Shown here: positions 1 to 12,009 of the stretch, in pieces
Layout of the letters: the number at the start of each line of letters is the position of its first letter
How positions within the stretch are numbered: position 1 is the stretch's first letter
Notes under the pieces: generated by a model
Databases searched by the model: none
What the model was told of the DNA's origin: nothing
Seen by the model: the letters and a program-made list of their open reading frames with translations, nothing else
From: Hemiscyllium ocellatum
Lineage: Eukaryota
Reading direction: 5' to 3'
DNA length: 64,000 nt
Assembly: GCF_020745735.1 (NCBI RefSeq)
Contig: NC_083435.1
Span: forward strand, 33,541,231 to 33,605,230
Position numbers and translations under genes: made by a program

Positions 1-304
1 TCTGGGTGCTTGGTTTAATTAACAGAAGAGTTCACCGCTGTGTCATCACAGTGAATTAATCATAATGCTAACATGCAACACAGTCAGCACTTTGTACGTC
101 AAGTGCCATTTTAACATGCATATAGCCCATTAGAATTTGGAAGTTAAAGGGTTTCACTGCAATTGGAGCAGCATTGCCAAGGACATTGCTAAATACTTTA
201 CATATATTTCGTCCATCTACCTCACGAGGAAGACATTTTCACAAAGGAAGAATACACTGAAACGTTCACCCCATCGATATTTCGTAATGGAATGCGAAAG
301 AGAA

Positions 305-505
305 TGTGAGGACTGCAGATGCTGGAAATCAGAGTTTAAAAATGTGTTTCTGGAAAAGCGCAGCAGGTCAGGCAACATCAAAGGAACAGGAGAATCGACG
401 TTTCGGGCATAAGCCCGAAGAAGTTCCTGAAGAAGGAGTTCCTGTCGATTCTCCTGTTCCTTTGATGCTGTCTGACCTGCTGCGCGTTTCCAACAACACA
501 TTTTA
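305..505. mobile_element. Short palindromic Penelope-derived element (inverted arms 339-399 / 444-504)
   Basis: Begins gtgaggactgcagatgctggaaatcagag. The two 61-nt arms are reverse complements with about 5 mismatches. Same family as 7965-8090, 19995-20155, 22765-22985, 28690-28920, 51495-52160. Confidence 0.75.
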
Positions 506-2858
506 AAGAATGGAATGCGAAGGTTTTGTTGACATGTGAGAAGTGAATGCAAGCTTGCATAAAATAGAGAAAGATATGAAAAAGTTCAGACTCTCGAGGC
601 AGCTTTGTTATATGATTAAAATTATAACTCAAACAATTGTAACCCCGAATCCACATTTCTGTAGAGCCCTGATAAAATTTCATTTCACTGTCTCATAAAA
701 ATATATCTAATACTGCCTTAGGAAATTTTCGATAGCTCACTTTCAAGCACCTTTGCAGGAGCAGAGTTACAATAATTTAAAATATTCTCAAAGAAGGAAT
801 ATCATCTCATCTCAGTTTTTAACAAGCTATACATCATTTCTAAACAGTCAACTCCGAGATCGAGATGTTTTCATAAGAAGTTCATGCGTTTTTCCACCAT
901 TGGCACCTTACTCTTCGAACCAACAGAAATTACAAGCCGAGTCTATCATATGTTTCATAAAAGGACAACCATCCCACTCCAGATACAAGTCTAATAATCC
1001 ATCATCAAAATGTCTCCAGCTAATTTGCCTCCTTCCTAAAACAAAGTGAGCTATAATGGAGCGCAGTGCACAATACGTTAGCTTATCATGTATGTTGTCA
1101 TTAAAACAACTATGAATATGGCTTTAGGTGTCCTAAATATCGTCTGCACCTGATGCTACAATATTTAAACTCGTTTTGTGATGTGTGCGATGTTATTGGG
1201 TCAAGCATTTACTGTCAGGCCTAACTTGCCCTCGAGAGCTTGATGGGAAACAACAATTTTGAATGGCAGCGGTCAATATGCTGTATGTCAACCCTGAATA
1301 CAATTCATGAGGAAATTGAATCGATTTAGGCCAAGGACACTGAAGGAATGTTGACATACGTCCCAGTCAGGATGATAGATCGCTCAGGGAGTGACTTTCA
1401 GATGCTGCTTTGCCAATGTATCTGCTGTGTTTTTCTTTTTAGTAGTAATAGTTTGGAAGATTCCGTCGAAAGAGCTTTGAAAATCAATCCGTCAGGCCAC
1501 ACAAAGACATTTGCATCTCAGATGTTTGCAAACTCTTCTCATGTATTGAACATGTCACATGTGAATTCGTGGATTTGGGCAGGATGGAGAAAATAATATA
1601 ACATGATGACTGAATGATGATTCATCATTCAAGATGTTCACATTGAACAATCATTCACTGATCTCATACTGCCATTTCAGTTGTGAATGTTGCATATTGA
1701 AAGCCACGAAGACCATATTGTTTAGCAAGGATAGTTAGTATTTGATGCAGATTTTGAACAAAAGTTGTGATTATGTTGTGTTGTCATCATTGATATTGAG
1801 AAACAGAAAGTGTTAGTCTTGCCAAAATCAAAATACTGCAGATATTCAAAACCAGAAACAAAAACAAATGAAACGAAAGAAAACTTATAAATTTCAGCAC
1901 ATGTCAGGCAACGGTTAAGGTATGGTGGTGAACCCATGTGTTAATTAACCCAAATATCCAGAAAGGCTCACCTCGTCTCATGATCCGTTGGAGTATAAAT
2001 GAAAGAGATCTCCCAAATTCTAGCATTTAAAGAAAAAAACAATCAATTTATTAGAGTCATAGAGATGTACAACGCAGAGTTATTATTTAACTTTAAAAGT
2101 GATCATAAAACAGCAACTGTTTAGAACTTTAAGCCCCCTTTCTCTTAACTACTTATTACCTGCCTTCAACTCCATAACAATATATAGTTCCAATAAATAT
2201 GTATTAAAATTACATTAACTTATTTTCAAAACTACACAGTGGCGGTTGTCCCGGTGTCTGTTTTCCTCTGCCTATATATCCCCTGGGTCATCTTCAATCT
2301 CTTGCTGTAAAAATTATTCTTTTGAAAAATGTACCTTTGTTGGAGAACGTTTTCTGACAGCTACTCTGTCGGTGGCAGTTGGTCTCATACTAACGTTCAA
2401 ATACTTTATTTTTGATTACAGGAAAGCTCACATCATCTCATTGGTTTGTGGTTGGGAAAAACAATACATTCAAACTTGACTGGGCTTTACTATCCCGGGG
2501 CATAATTTAAGCAGATTGGTTCGATTTGAATTCTGGTCAGAAGAACCGAGGTATCTAGTTTATAGCTAAATGTGACATATTTTTCAACTTTTCAGTGCAC
2601 TCTGAGACTGCTACTCAGTTAAGTGAAAGGTCTCTGCATGCTCTCAGTACAAAACAATTTTCCCTCTATCTTAAAGGTACAGTACACGTCTTCAACTTCA
2701 CAACATAACATCAAGCATTAAAAGTAAGGCTAATGTTTCAGGTTGACGATCTTCCAACAAAAATTCTCAGATGAAAGGTCATAATCCAGTAAGGTTAACT
2801 GTGTTAAATGATGAATTCGTATCTTAGTCTTCTGTGAATTTTTGCAAGGAGGCAGCTA

Positions 2859-3740
2859 TTAATTTTGTATCTTCTGAAAATTTTGACATATAATCAAATT
2901 CTTTAACTGATTTCTGAACTTTGACTGTGCCATTGCATAAATAAATGTGTTGGTGCAGGAGCTCAGATGTTGAAGCATGTATTTGTTTTCTCTATAATAG
3001 TGAAATGTGCATTGTAATCAGTTTGCTAAAACTGATTCTCCGTAAATTGTACAGATATATGACAGAAAGAAATTAGCACCCATAGCGAGATAAAACTTCC
3101 AGAAATGGCAAGCAACAATATGATAGATTTTCTGCGATTTTCACTTTCTGGGTCGTTCATGATTTCTCTGAATTCCCTCCTTATGCGACTGCTCCTTACA
3201 ATATGCCTCATGGTCAAAACATTGAACAGTGAAATAAAGGAAAATGCCGAAAATCGGGTTAAAAAGTATGAAAATTCAAGTAAGCCTTCCAAACGGGCAT
3301 AACATGGAACTCACGCTTTACCACACAGAGTCATGCTGCATTGTCCATTACAATTTCAGGTTGGTTTACAAAATAAACTGGCAGGTTTTGTCCAACACAA
3401 AATCTACAAACAATGGCTATAACCACAGTTGCAGTTTTCTATGTGCAGTATTTCCCTCTCAACTTATGATAACAGATTGTTACAGAGCGACCAAAGCTGA
3501 AAGCAACTGTTACCCAATCAGGGCGATCAATGGAAATGAAACTGAAGAGAAAAGCAAGATGACAAATGTAACTGTAATCCAAGAATGAATTTGGGAAATA
3601 AATATTTTTGACCTCGGACAGAATTACTTCAAATTTTATGACGAGGAGGTCCGCTGCTACCATTGAGACTAGGTGATGAGTAATACATTTAGATAGACCA
3701 CAGTTTCCACAGAGAGGAATTATGATTGATAATAAGTTGG
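2859..3740 (-). pseudogene. GPR139-like class A GPCR pseudogene, copy A, exon 2 (TM1 end to C-terminus)
   Basis: Minus-strand translation: NLLSIIIPLCGNCGLSKCITHHLVSMVAADLLV...WVTVAFSFGRSVTICYHKLRGKYCT*KTA...NVLTMRHI...DPESENRRKSIILLLAISGSF...YMLQHLSSCTNTFIYAMAQSKFRNQLK. This matches the recalled consensus of the shark GPR139-like family (NLVAIVILSRGKCGLSKCIT, DRFVAICCQKLKTKYCTEKT, DPEMENRRKSIILL, SSCTNTFIYAVTQSKFR). Acceptor is AA instead of AG (3742-3741); at least three in-frame stops and two frameshifts. Confidence 0.92.
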
Positions 3741-6484
3741 TTGTAAGTAAATGTTAAAAGGCGTAAGTAGTTTTTTTTTCATAAGAGAAGGATAAGTACA
3801 TGTTAGATTACTTTTCCCCTTTCATTTCATTTTTTGCATACAGAATAAGAACCACTATTTTGCTCTGTTACGTGATTTGATGGCTTGCACATTCTTGCTG
3901 CAGAACTTCGAAATGACAGCAATGAAAATTTTATAAACGTTGTTAATGTGACATCCTCGTGTAAATTGGACGAGATGAGGGGGCGAATTTGTGGAACAAA
4001 GAAACAGAAACCACTCTTCGGCTATTGTGATGAAAACAATTAATTTAAATGTGCAAAAATTGGGGATGCTACTTCCTGCATGGATTGCGTCTGAGCATGC
4101 TGCTTTAACATCTGTTCGAACTGTCAAAGGACAACACAAGCATTGAATGGAAAAGAAACTCAAAGAGGTATTCACATGTTAACTGTGAAATGATGACTAC
4201 GGCAGGAATTTGCTTCGCTGTTTTTTGACAATTGAATTGAACCAATGAATTAACGGGTAGCTCCAATGAAAACAATCCACTCTGATTATATGTTCTTTCG
4301 TGAACAAAATACAGTTGGTCATATTACATTGAGAATTCATTGTTTCACTCAGGATTCGAAGCGAGGATGGTCATCGATGTCAAGCAAACTGACCCAGTCT
4401 ACAGTCTCTTGAGGCTTTGTGACAATAGATCAGACAACCAAGCTGATAAGAAGGAAATTTACAATGTCATTAATTAACATGAGAGCAATGGTTACTGAAA
4501 CATTTCTTTGAGGGTTCTCCTGAGAAAGGATAGCTGGAGTTGAAATGTTGCACCTGCTTTTTCTCCACAGACGCTTGTAGACCTACTGAGCTTTTCCATA
4601 AATTTTCTTTACGTATCACTTTTAATAATGGCTTCATCAGGCATCACAGCATGCTTGGTTGTACATATCCTCATACATGACTGATACTGATAATTGAAGG
4701 TGTATCTAAAATTATTGGTGATTGTCCAAATACATTAACTTCACAGCCATGTGAGATTAAAAAATGGCTAATTACTTAAAATTCGTAATGTGCAGAAAAG
4801 AGGTACATTTCCCATCATCTCAGCAGTGACTCTCCAAACAGCATCCCAGCCAGACATAGCCAACCACCCTATCGACGTAAATCTGTAATTAACATGGATA
4901 ACTGAACTAATCTGCATTTCCCTGGACACTACAGGACAATTTGCCATGTCGAAAATCCCTCACTTGCACATCTTTGGCCTTTAGGAGGGACATACTGCAC
5001 TCAGCAGAAATCCATGCGCATATTGGGTTTCTCGCTCTGTGAGGCAGCCGTGTTTACCATTGAACCACGTTACTATTCGCTGAAAGAAGAATTTCAAGAG
5101 AACGACTAACTTAACAATGTGAGGTATCTTTCCTTTATTTATTTAAACGAAAACGAATAGGGGCTATAGAACATCTCTCCTGAAAGCTAACCTGACTTGA
5201 ATCTCAGGTACATTTATATTTTTTTTTGGAATCGCTGTTTCAAAAAACGTCAATTAATTAATGGTTGAATGCATACACACAATAGCTGAGCAGTAAAAAC
5301 AGATAAAAGGTATATATTGCGTAAGCATCAATTTCGTGGGCTGTTTATATTTAAACTACAAAACTTCTTGTTTTCTATCTAGCACAGATAAAATCCCCAT
5401 TTTTGTAAGTACATCCTGCATCAGCCAACTCATCATTCTGTTCTCCCAGATACATTGAAACACGTTTTGAGTCAATCCTTAGAGACTACTGGGCCAGTAT
5501 GGATCATGTCAGATCATTAACCACAATTCCACGTTCCTAAACCATCTCCAATTTGCATGATGTCATGAACGATTCAAAATCGATAAATCTCGGTCTCGAA
5601 ATGACTTAATAACCAGGGTTCCACAAACTTCCATCGAAAAATATGCTGCAATTGAATGTGTTCCTCCTTTCCTTCATCTTAAATAATTTCATTGATTGTA
5701 GCGGCAAGTTCCAATTAAAACAGTTTTTTTTCAATCTCTACTCTTTCCCTTCCTTTAAGAATTTTCCATGTTTAGGGATTTGACTCGAATTCTTCTAAAC
5801 TCCAGATAATGCAACCGTATTCTCCCCACTCTCTTTAGAGGGCCAAACCAGCATCCCAATAAACTGTCTGCTGAACTTCCTTGGTCAGCATGGTCTATCT
5901 TCACTGCTGTGGTCTGAAGTGTACATATAACTGCAGCTGTGGTCTAGTTAATATTCGATTCAATTACTCTTGTATTCAAATCGTTTTGTCACGAATCCGG
6001 ACATAACTTTTCTGCCTCGGCATGCCCTCAGTGACTTATGAACAAGGACAAATCAGTTTACTTCCTATGGCCATTTTTTCTTATCACTCTCCATTGTAGA
6101 AACATTCCACGCTATGTTTGCTCCTTAATCTTCTTCAGACTCCAGTGTTCACAGTCTACCTATCTAAGACTGCCACATTTGATTAAACTCTCTGCTTTCT
6201 GCTTATTAACTGTTCCTCAATCCAAAACGATTCTTAGCATCGGAGCTTTTACTTCTGTTCTTTTTCTTTCTTGGCATGGTAAATGTTCAGACAGAACTGT
6301 TACATTACCTGACGATACACTCTCTAGCGTAAATTAAAACCATCCACCCACGTTTTAACTCCTCAGCAAATGATGGTTGATTAAATCGTTGCAAACTCCA
6401 GTTGAGATTTCTGTGTGGTGTACCACTGAGGTTTTTGGCTTCCACTTGCTCCCTCAATTTATTCCAGATTCCGAAGAATGAACT

Positions 6485-6802
6485 GGGCGGCACGGTGGCA
6501 CAGTGGTTAGCACTGCTGCCTCACAGCGCCTGAGACCCGTGTTCAATTCGTGTTCCACAGGCGACTGACTGTGTGGAGTTTGCACGTTCTCCCCGCGTCT
6601 GCGTGGGTTTCCTCCGGGTGCTCCGGTTTCCTCCCACAGTCCAAAGATGTGCGGGTCAGGTGAATTGGCCATTCTAAATTGCCCGTAGTGTTAGGTAAGG
6701 GGTAAATGTAGGGGTATGGGTGGGTTGCGCTTCGGTGGGTCGGTGTGGACTTGTTGGGCCGAATGGCCTGTTTCCACACTGTAAGTAATCTAATCTAATC
6801 TA
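6485..6802 (+). mobile_element. HE1-type tRNA-derived SINE, little diverged
   Basis: Head gggcggcacggtggcacagtggttagcactgctgcctcacagcgcc, core gtgtggagtttgcacgttctccccg, CR1-like tail ending (ctaat)n. Absent from the paralogous position near 28250. Confidence 0.9.
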
Positions 6803-7050
6803 AACTGTGTCTGTGAGCTTCAGGCATACCGAAAACAAAAGTCTTAAGCAGACCTCGATGGCAAAGCAATGCACACAGATCGTGCAAACTGTTACTGTGC
6901 TGATGAGTAATACTGTGGAAAATGTCCTTAAAAAACGACCTTCAAAACACAACCGTTTAGAACGTGACAATAATCCAAAGACGAGAAACGCAGTTGTGAT
7001 TCTGTTACTAATGCATTCTTGCCTGAAAATCTTGCAACTAATATCGATAT

Positions 7051-7495
7051 AGAGTCGTAGAGATATACAGCATGGAAACAACCCTTTGGTCCAACTTGTC
7101 CATGCCGACGAGATATCCAAACCCAATTGTGTCCCACCTGCCAGGACCTGGCCCACATTCCTCCAAACCCTGCCTTTCCATATAACCATCCAGATGCCTT
7201 TTAAATGTTGTAATTGTACCAGCCTCCACAACTTCCTCTGGCAGCTCAGTCCACACATGAACCACCTTCTGCGTGCAAAAGTTGTCCTTGAAGTCTCTGT
7301 TATATTTTTCCCTCTCACCCTAAACCGTCTAGTTCTGGACTCTCCCACCCGAGGGGAATACTTTGTTTATTTATCCTATCCAAACTCCTCATGATTTTAT
7401 AAATCCCTATCAGGTCACCCCACAGCCTCCTGCACTCGAGGGAAAACAGGCCCAGCCAAGTCAGCCTCTCCCAACAGCTCAAATCCATTAACCTG
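7051..7495 (-). mobile_element. CR1 LINE 3' end fragment
   Basis: Minus strand gives ELPEEVVEAGTITTFKRHLDGYM and a CR1-type 3' UTR (gctgtatatctctacgactctat). Confidence 0.85.
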
Positions 7496-7931
7496 AACCC
7501 TCTTTGAAATTTCAACAGAAAAAAACATCCAAGTTTTTGACAAGTAAACATTAGAGCAGATAAAATGATCTAATTTATTCATATATAAACTATGCGCACA
7601 GTCCTATAATATAACTGTCTTATAAACCTGACAAACTTCACGTATCAGGTGGAAAATCTGCATGGTGATTTCCTCTGCCTCTGTAGTGATGGGATTTTTC
7701 GAAATTTATAGGATTCATTGTCACTGTTCGTGAGAAAGTAGGTTTGCTGTGTAACTAATGATAAAACAGGTGAAAAATAATGCAAAGTATAAAATATTAT
7801 CAAAAATCATTTCCACCTCAATTTCGCAACATCTGTTCTCGAATTAATTACACATATCCACTTATATTCTCTCATTCTGAAAATATCCATTGCTTCCACG
7901 GTTAGGGAATATTAAAGAAGCATCACCTTAC

Positions 7932-7958
7932 CGGAAGAAACAACATTGGCTTATATAC
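7932..7958 (-). pseudogene. Probable exon 1 remnant of GPCR copy A
   Basis: Minus: GCC AAT GTT GTT CTT CC G|gtaagg resembles the family exon 1 end (A-I-V-G-V-P G|gtaag) with a 1-nt loss. The upstream part is replaced by a Penelope-derived element at ~7965. Confidence 0.4.
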
Positions 7959-8204
7959 CACTGTTTGGAGAAAGTGAGGACTGCAGATGCTGGAAACCAG
8001 AGTTGAAAAGTGTGGTGCTGGAAAAGCCTATGTCCGAAACATCGATTCTCCTGCTCCTCGCATGCTGCCTGGTCTGCTGCGCCTGTAAGATTGCTTTCTC
8101 ATTTTGAGGCAGCAGTCGCAATTCTGGACATCTCAGCAAGATGAAATATTTGCTGAACACGCAAGAAGGATTCTCTGTATTTCTGAACAGAAATTAATTT
8201 GACA

Positions 8205-8715
8205 TAATCTAATTGGACTACAGCAAAGCTTTGGATAAAATCCTGCATGGGATAATTATAGATTGGCAAGACAAATCAAGGGAAAGAACGATGAACTGTA
8301 GTACCTTGAGTAGCAACGGGGATCAGAGGGACCTTGGTGTGCATGTCCTCAGGGCACTTAACGTCGTGGAACATGTGGTTAAGAAGTCGTGTTGCTTGCT
8401 TTCCTTGATCTGCATTCAGTTTCCCAGTCCGGAAGTTACGTTGAAATTGTGTAAAATGATGATTAGACCAGAGTGGAAATATTGTGCGCAGGTCTGGAAT
8501 TCACATTCTGGAAGGTGATATGATTGCAATGGAGACAGTGCAGACAGGATTGATCTGAATGTTGCCGGGAGTGGAGAAGTATATTTGTGTAGTGAGATTG
8601 GATAAATTGGTGTTGTTTTCATTGGAGCAGAGGACATTAAAGTTGGGAGTGATTGTGATGCATAAACTTTAGTCGGATCGATCCGACAGAGGAAGAAACT
8701 TTTTGCCATATTGTA
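8205..8715 (+). mobile_element. Decayed CR1 RT fragment
   Basis: DYSKALDKILHG, QRDLGVHV and IRPEWKYCAQVW correspond to CR1 RT motifs (DFSKAFDKVPHG, RDLGV, VRPHLEYCVQFW). Confidence 0.75.
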
Positions 8716-8929
8716 GGGATTCGACTTCTCTAATATTCTGCGTCATATCTTTCCAGAATTTGAATCACTAGGTTGTTACTTGTTTTCTGTTCGTGGTTAG
8801 ACCTGTTCAACTCTCCCACTGACGATTTTGAGAGAATGATTAAATTGTTTCTTGTTCTGGGTTAAGGGACATACCCGGAGACAAGATATTATTTAAAACA
8901 ATTTCTTCATTTTACATAATGAATGAATA

Positions 8930-9980
8930 TGATAGATAACTGTTCAGAATTTATAGGTCGCTAGCCTGAAATCCCTGAAGCCTAAGGGGCGTCACTCCAC
9001 ATTAAGATTCTCCCTCACAATTCACCCAATCACAAACTTGCTGGCGTTTTGTATGTTGATTATACACCTTCAAATGAAGACTGATACTCAACCAGTTTGA
9101 TCACTTGATGATCAAATCCCTGTGGATGTCAAATCTTCCAATAGAATTCTAAACGAATCGGAATGCTAAACGCTGAGACACTGGTCTCACAGCAACATCA
9201 AGAATCCAGTTGTCATTTATCCCAGCGAAGGTTATATAAATCCACCCCCACACCGCACCCCCCCCCCCCCCCCCCCCCCCGCCCCTCGCCCTTCACCAAT
9301 TAACCCCATATGATTGTATGGAGTTATAAAACAGGCGAAAAATGGCAGGTACGTTTAACTATCACCATAATTCACTTTGGCTAACATCATCCTAGACTTA
9401 ACTCTGATCTCCTGATTTTTTGCTGGTTTGGATCAATATCAAAGGCTGACTGGTCATGATTAAACTCAAGGGAAGTTCAAAGGATAGGTTTCAAGTCGGA
9501 CTGTGTTAAACAGCAGAAAATATTTCCTCAGTGTTTTGCCAGCACATATCAACATTATTCATCTTGTGTGGACATGTTGCTATATCTGTAAATATTTGTA
9601 AAATCAAAATCCGACACCATTAAAGTGAAGTAATCCTGAAATTTGAACTCACTATCAGAACACAATAAATTATGTTATGAAATTATGGCTTTGAAAGCAC
9701 AGAAATGAGGCCAATGCCCTTGGTAACTTCTCCGAACTAAATAATTTGCAGCAGCGTTAGGAGATTGCGGGCGTATTGGTTCACATTTTCCATCTATGGA
9801 ATCAGGAAGATATCTAGATTCTCAACGACAAGGACGCCAAAATTGGAGGTATTCATGAGTTTAACAATTGTTCCATCTGTCACTGACGTTATAGTGTTCA
9901 GTGTTTACTCTCCACATGAGGACCCGAAGTATTTCACAAATTCTCACAGCATATCATCACCCAAATCCGCAATCTACGAG
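8930..9980 (-). pseudogene. GPR139-like pseudogene copy C, heavily decayed exon 2
   Basis: Acceptor tttatcag| at 9982-9981. Then gcggatttgggtgatgatatgctgtgagaatttgtg (approximately AIVMICCENC, cf. copy A IIIPLCGNC), SVTD (cf. AVTD), DPNQQKIRRS near 9430 (cf. DPEMENRRKS) and acctataaattctgaacagtta near 8945 (cf. TQSKFREQL). Many stops and indels. Confidence 0.5.
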
Positions 9981-10326
9981 CTGATAAACGCACAAGGGAA
10001 ATAGGTACTTGTAAAGACTGACTTTTTTTTTCAAATTGCACTTGATCTAAATTTGGAACACAATGCACATCAAGGATACGTTATCAAAATCCTAAAACTG
10101 ACGACCTATCGGTGTTCTTCTTGCACTGCAGTGCCTTCAGAAAGGGAATAATCTTCGTGTTTTGTCCATTAATCCGGTATGGAGAATAAATATTTTAAAA
10201 AATACAAAGATAACTGTAATTATGCAGTTTATTACAAAGTCAAAAATTTGTTTTCACCAGATCATATAAGAAATTATCAATTGGTAACATATCCAGTCAG
10301 ATTACCAACTGATAGTAATGACTTAC

Positions 10327-10395
10327 CAGAACAACAACGATTGCGAGAATAGGGTAATCCATGGCTTCAATCTGTATCAGCATTGATGAGTTCAT
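10327..10395 (-). pseudogene. GPR139-like pseudogene copy C, exon 1
   Basis: ATG AAC TCA TCA ATG CTG ATA CAG ATT GAA GCC ATG GAT TAC CCT ATT CTC GCA ATC GTT GTT GTT CTG|gtaagt = MNSSMLIQIEAMDYPILAIVVV, matching family exon 1 (..QIEDIYYPILAIVGVP G|gtaag). It is 69 nt rather than the expected phase-1 70 nt. Confidence 0.72.
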
Positions 10396-10536
10396 CTTTC
10401 AAATGATGTTGATGGTAGTAATTCTGATTGAAAAGTCTATGGTGTCTTCAATCCCAGCAAAGTCGCTTCACCAGTCAGCTCCCTACCAATTCGAATCTTG
10501 TATGTTGTCATATTCTTACGTTAAAAATTCAGCAAT

Positions 10537-12009
10537 GTGATGTCACACAAACCAGACATCCCACTCAGACTCATAGTATCACTACCAGGGACACCAGCAT
10601 ACAAACTGGCCAAAGCACTACAACAGAAACTGAAACACCTGGTCAGCGGATCCAAACACTCCATACAATCAACACAGGAATTCTTGGACGCCATCAAGAA
10701 TACACACATAGACAAAGAAGAAACCATGATCTCATTCGACGTGACGGCACTGTTCACTTCGATTGACAAAACCCTAGCCAGAGAAACAATAGCCAACCTA
10801 CTGGACATACAGAACAGAAAACAGGAGGCGGAACCTATCAACAAAGACGGCATACTTAAACTACTGGACTTGTGCCTCACTACACATTTTACATTCAACA
10901 ATCAGATATACGAACAAATCAACGGACCACCCATGAGATCACCAATCTCGGGACTCATAGCAGAGGCAGTTATGCAAAGGTTAGAACAAACAGCCCTACC
11001 ACAAATTCAACCCAAACTCTGGGTCAGATATGTCGATGACACGTTCGTAATCATCAAAAACACGGAAATAGAAAAAACACACCGGATCATCAACGCCACA
11101 CTCACAGGAATCCGATTCACGAGAGAAGTAGAAAAGGATAGCCAACTCCCATTCCTAGACGTGATAGTACAGAGAACACCGAACGGAGAATTCACCACAA
11201 GGGTACACAGGAAAACAACACACACAGACCAAGTCCCAAACTATGAAAGTAACCACCCCAACACACACAAACGAAGCTGCATCAGGACACTATTCAAAAG
11301 AGCCACAACACACTGCAGTACACCAGAACTGCGAAAAGAGGAAGAGGAACACCTATACAAGGTATTCGCCAAAAACGGATACCCGCGCAACTTTATCAAC
11401 AGATGCCTAAGAGATAGACCACGGAACGAGGACATGCCACAACCAAAAGGATTGGCCACACTACCATACATCAGGAGCGTTTCAGAACTGACAGCCAGAC
11501 TACTGCGACCCTTAGGACTCATAACGGTACACAAACCAACAGCCACGCTCAGACAACAACTTACTAGAACAAAGGAGCCAATACCCAACATGAGCAAAAC
11601 TAATGTAGTTTATAAAATACCATGCAAGGACTGCACAAAACACTATATAGGACAAACAGGAAGACAGCTAACAATCCGCATACATGAACACCAACTAGCC
11701 ACGAAACGACACGACCAGCTATCCCTAGTAGCCACACACTCAGACAACAAGCAACATGAATTCGACTGGGAAAACACTACTATCATAGGGCAAGCCAGAC
11801 AGAGAACAGCCAGGGAATTCCTAGAGGCATGGCATTCATCCACAAACTCCATCAACAAAAACATCGACCTGTACCCAATATCCCAACCACTACAGTGGAC
11901 AACTGAAACTGACACCCGGAAGCGGCAAGGACAGACCACTATAAATACCGGAAGAAACATCAAAGAAGCGCTTCGCAGGGGGGTCCACAGCACTGATGAT
12001 GTCTCCTAG
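10537..12009 (+). CDS. Penelope-like element RT + GIY-YIG endonuclease ORF (5'-truncated, 490 aa, no internal stop)
   Basis: RT motifs SFDVTALFTSI, YEQINGPPMRSPIS, WVRYVDDTF, LPFLDV, YESNHP; GIY-YIG region VVYKIPCKDCTKHYIGQTGRQLTIRIHEH; C-terminal REFLEAWHS. Confidence 0.95.
   Translation: MMSHKPDIPLRLIVSLPGTPAYKLAKALQQKLKHLVSGSKHSIQSTQEFLDAIKNTHIDKEETMISFDVTALFTSIDKTLARETIANLLDIQNRKQEAEPINKDGILKLLDLCLTTHFTFNNQIYEQINGPPMRSPISGLIAEAVMQRLEQTALPQIQPKLWVRYVDDTFVIIKNTEIEKTHRIINATLTGIRFTREVEKDSQLPFLDVIVQRTPNGEFTTRVHRKTTHTDQVPNYESNHPNTHKRSCIRTLFKRATTHCSTPELRKEEEEHLYKVFAKNGYPRNFINRCLRDRPRNEDMPQPKGLATLPYIRSVSELTARLLRPLGLITVHKPTATLRQQLTRTKEPIPNMSKTNVVYKIPCKDCTKHYIGQTGRQLTIRIHEHQLATKRHDQLSLVATHSDNKQHEFDWENTTIIGQARQRTAREFLEAWHSSTNSINKNIDLYPISQPLQWTTETDTRKRQGQTTINTGRNIKEALRRGVHSTDDVS

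Larger units (their letters stand above)
200..7960. repeat. Segmental duplication, copy 1 (paralogous to ~23150-29830)
   Basis: Collinear anchors: 541 gaatgcaagcttgca vs ~23270; 751 ttcaagcacctttgcaggagcagagttacaa vs 23472 ttcaagcacctttacagaagcagatttacaa; ~1515 atctcagatgtttgcaaactcttctc vs ~24250; ~3035 vs ~25480; ~6400 vs ~28180; 6939 vs 28410; ~7605 vs ~29472. Confidence 0.9.

Noticed and set aside
3855-4175. 106-aa hydrophobic minus-strand ORF next to GPCR exon 2
   Set aside because: Lies upstream of the exon 2 acceptor, and its paralogue (25700-25850) has stops and indels; treated as intron.
6800-7348. 182-aa minus-strand ORF
   Set aside because: Chimeric: the first part is a CR1 tail read-through; only the distal block is kept as a low-confidence finding.
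9258-9280. Poly-C run (another at 51398-51419)
   Set aside because: Simple homopolymers of uncertain length with no supporting context.
9860-9905. Plus-strand ICH*RYSV resembling the olfactory receptor motif ICHPLRY
   Set aside because: No hydrophobic TM3 before it; the region is better explained as the antisense of GPCR copy C.
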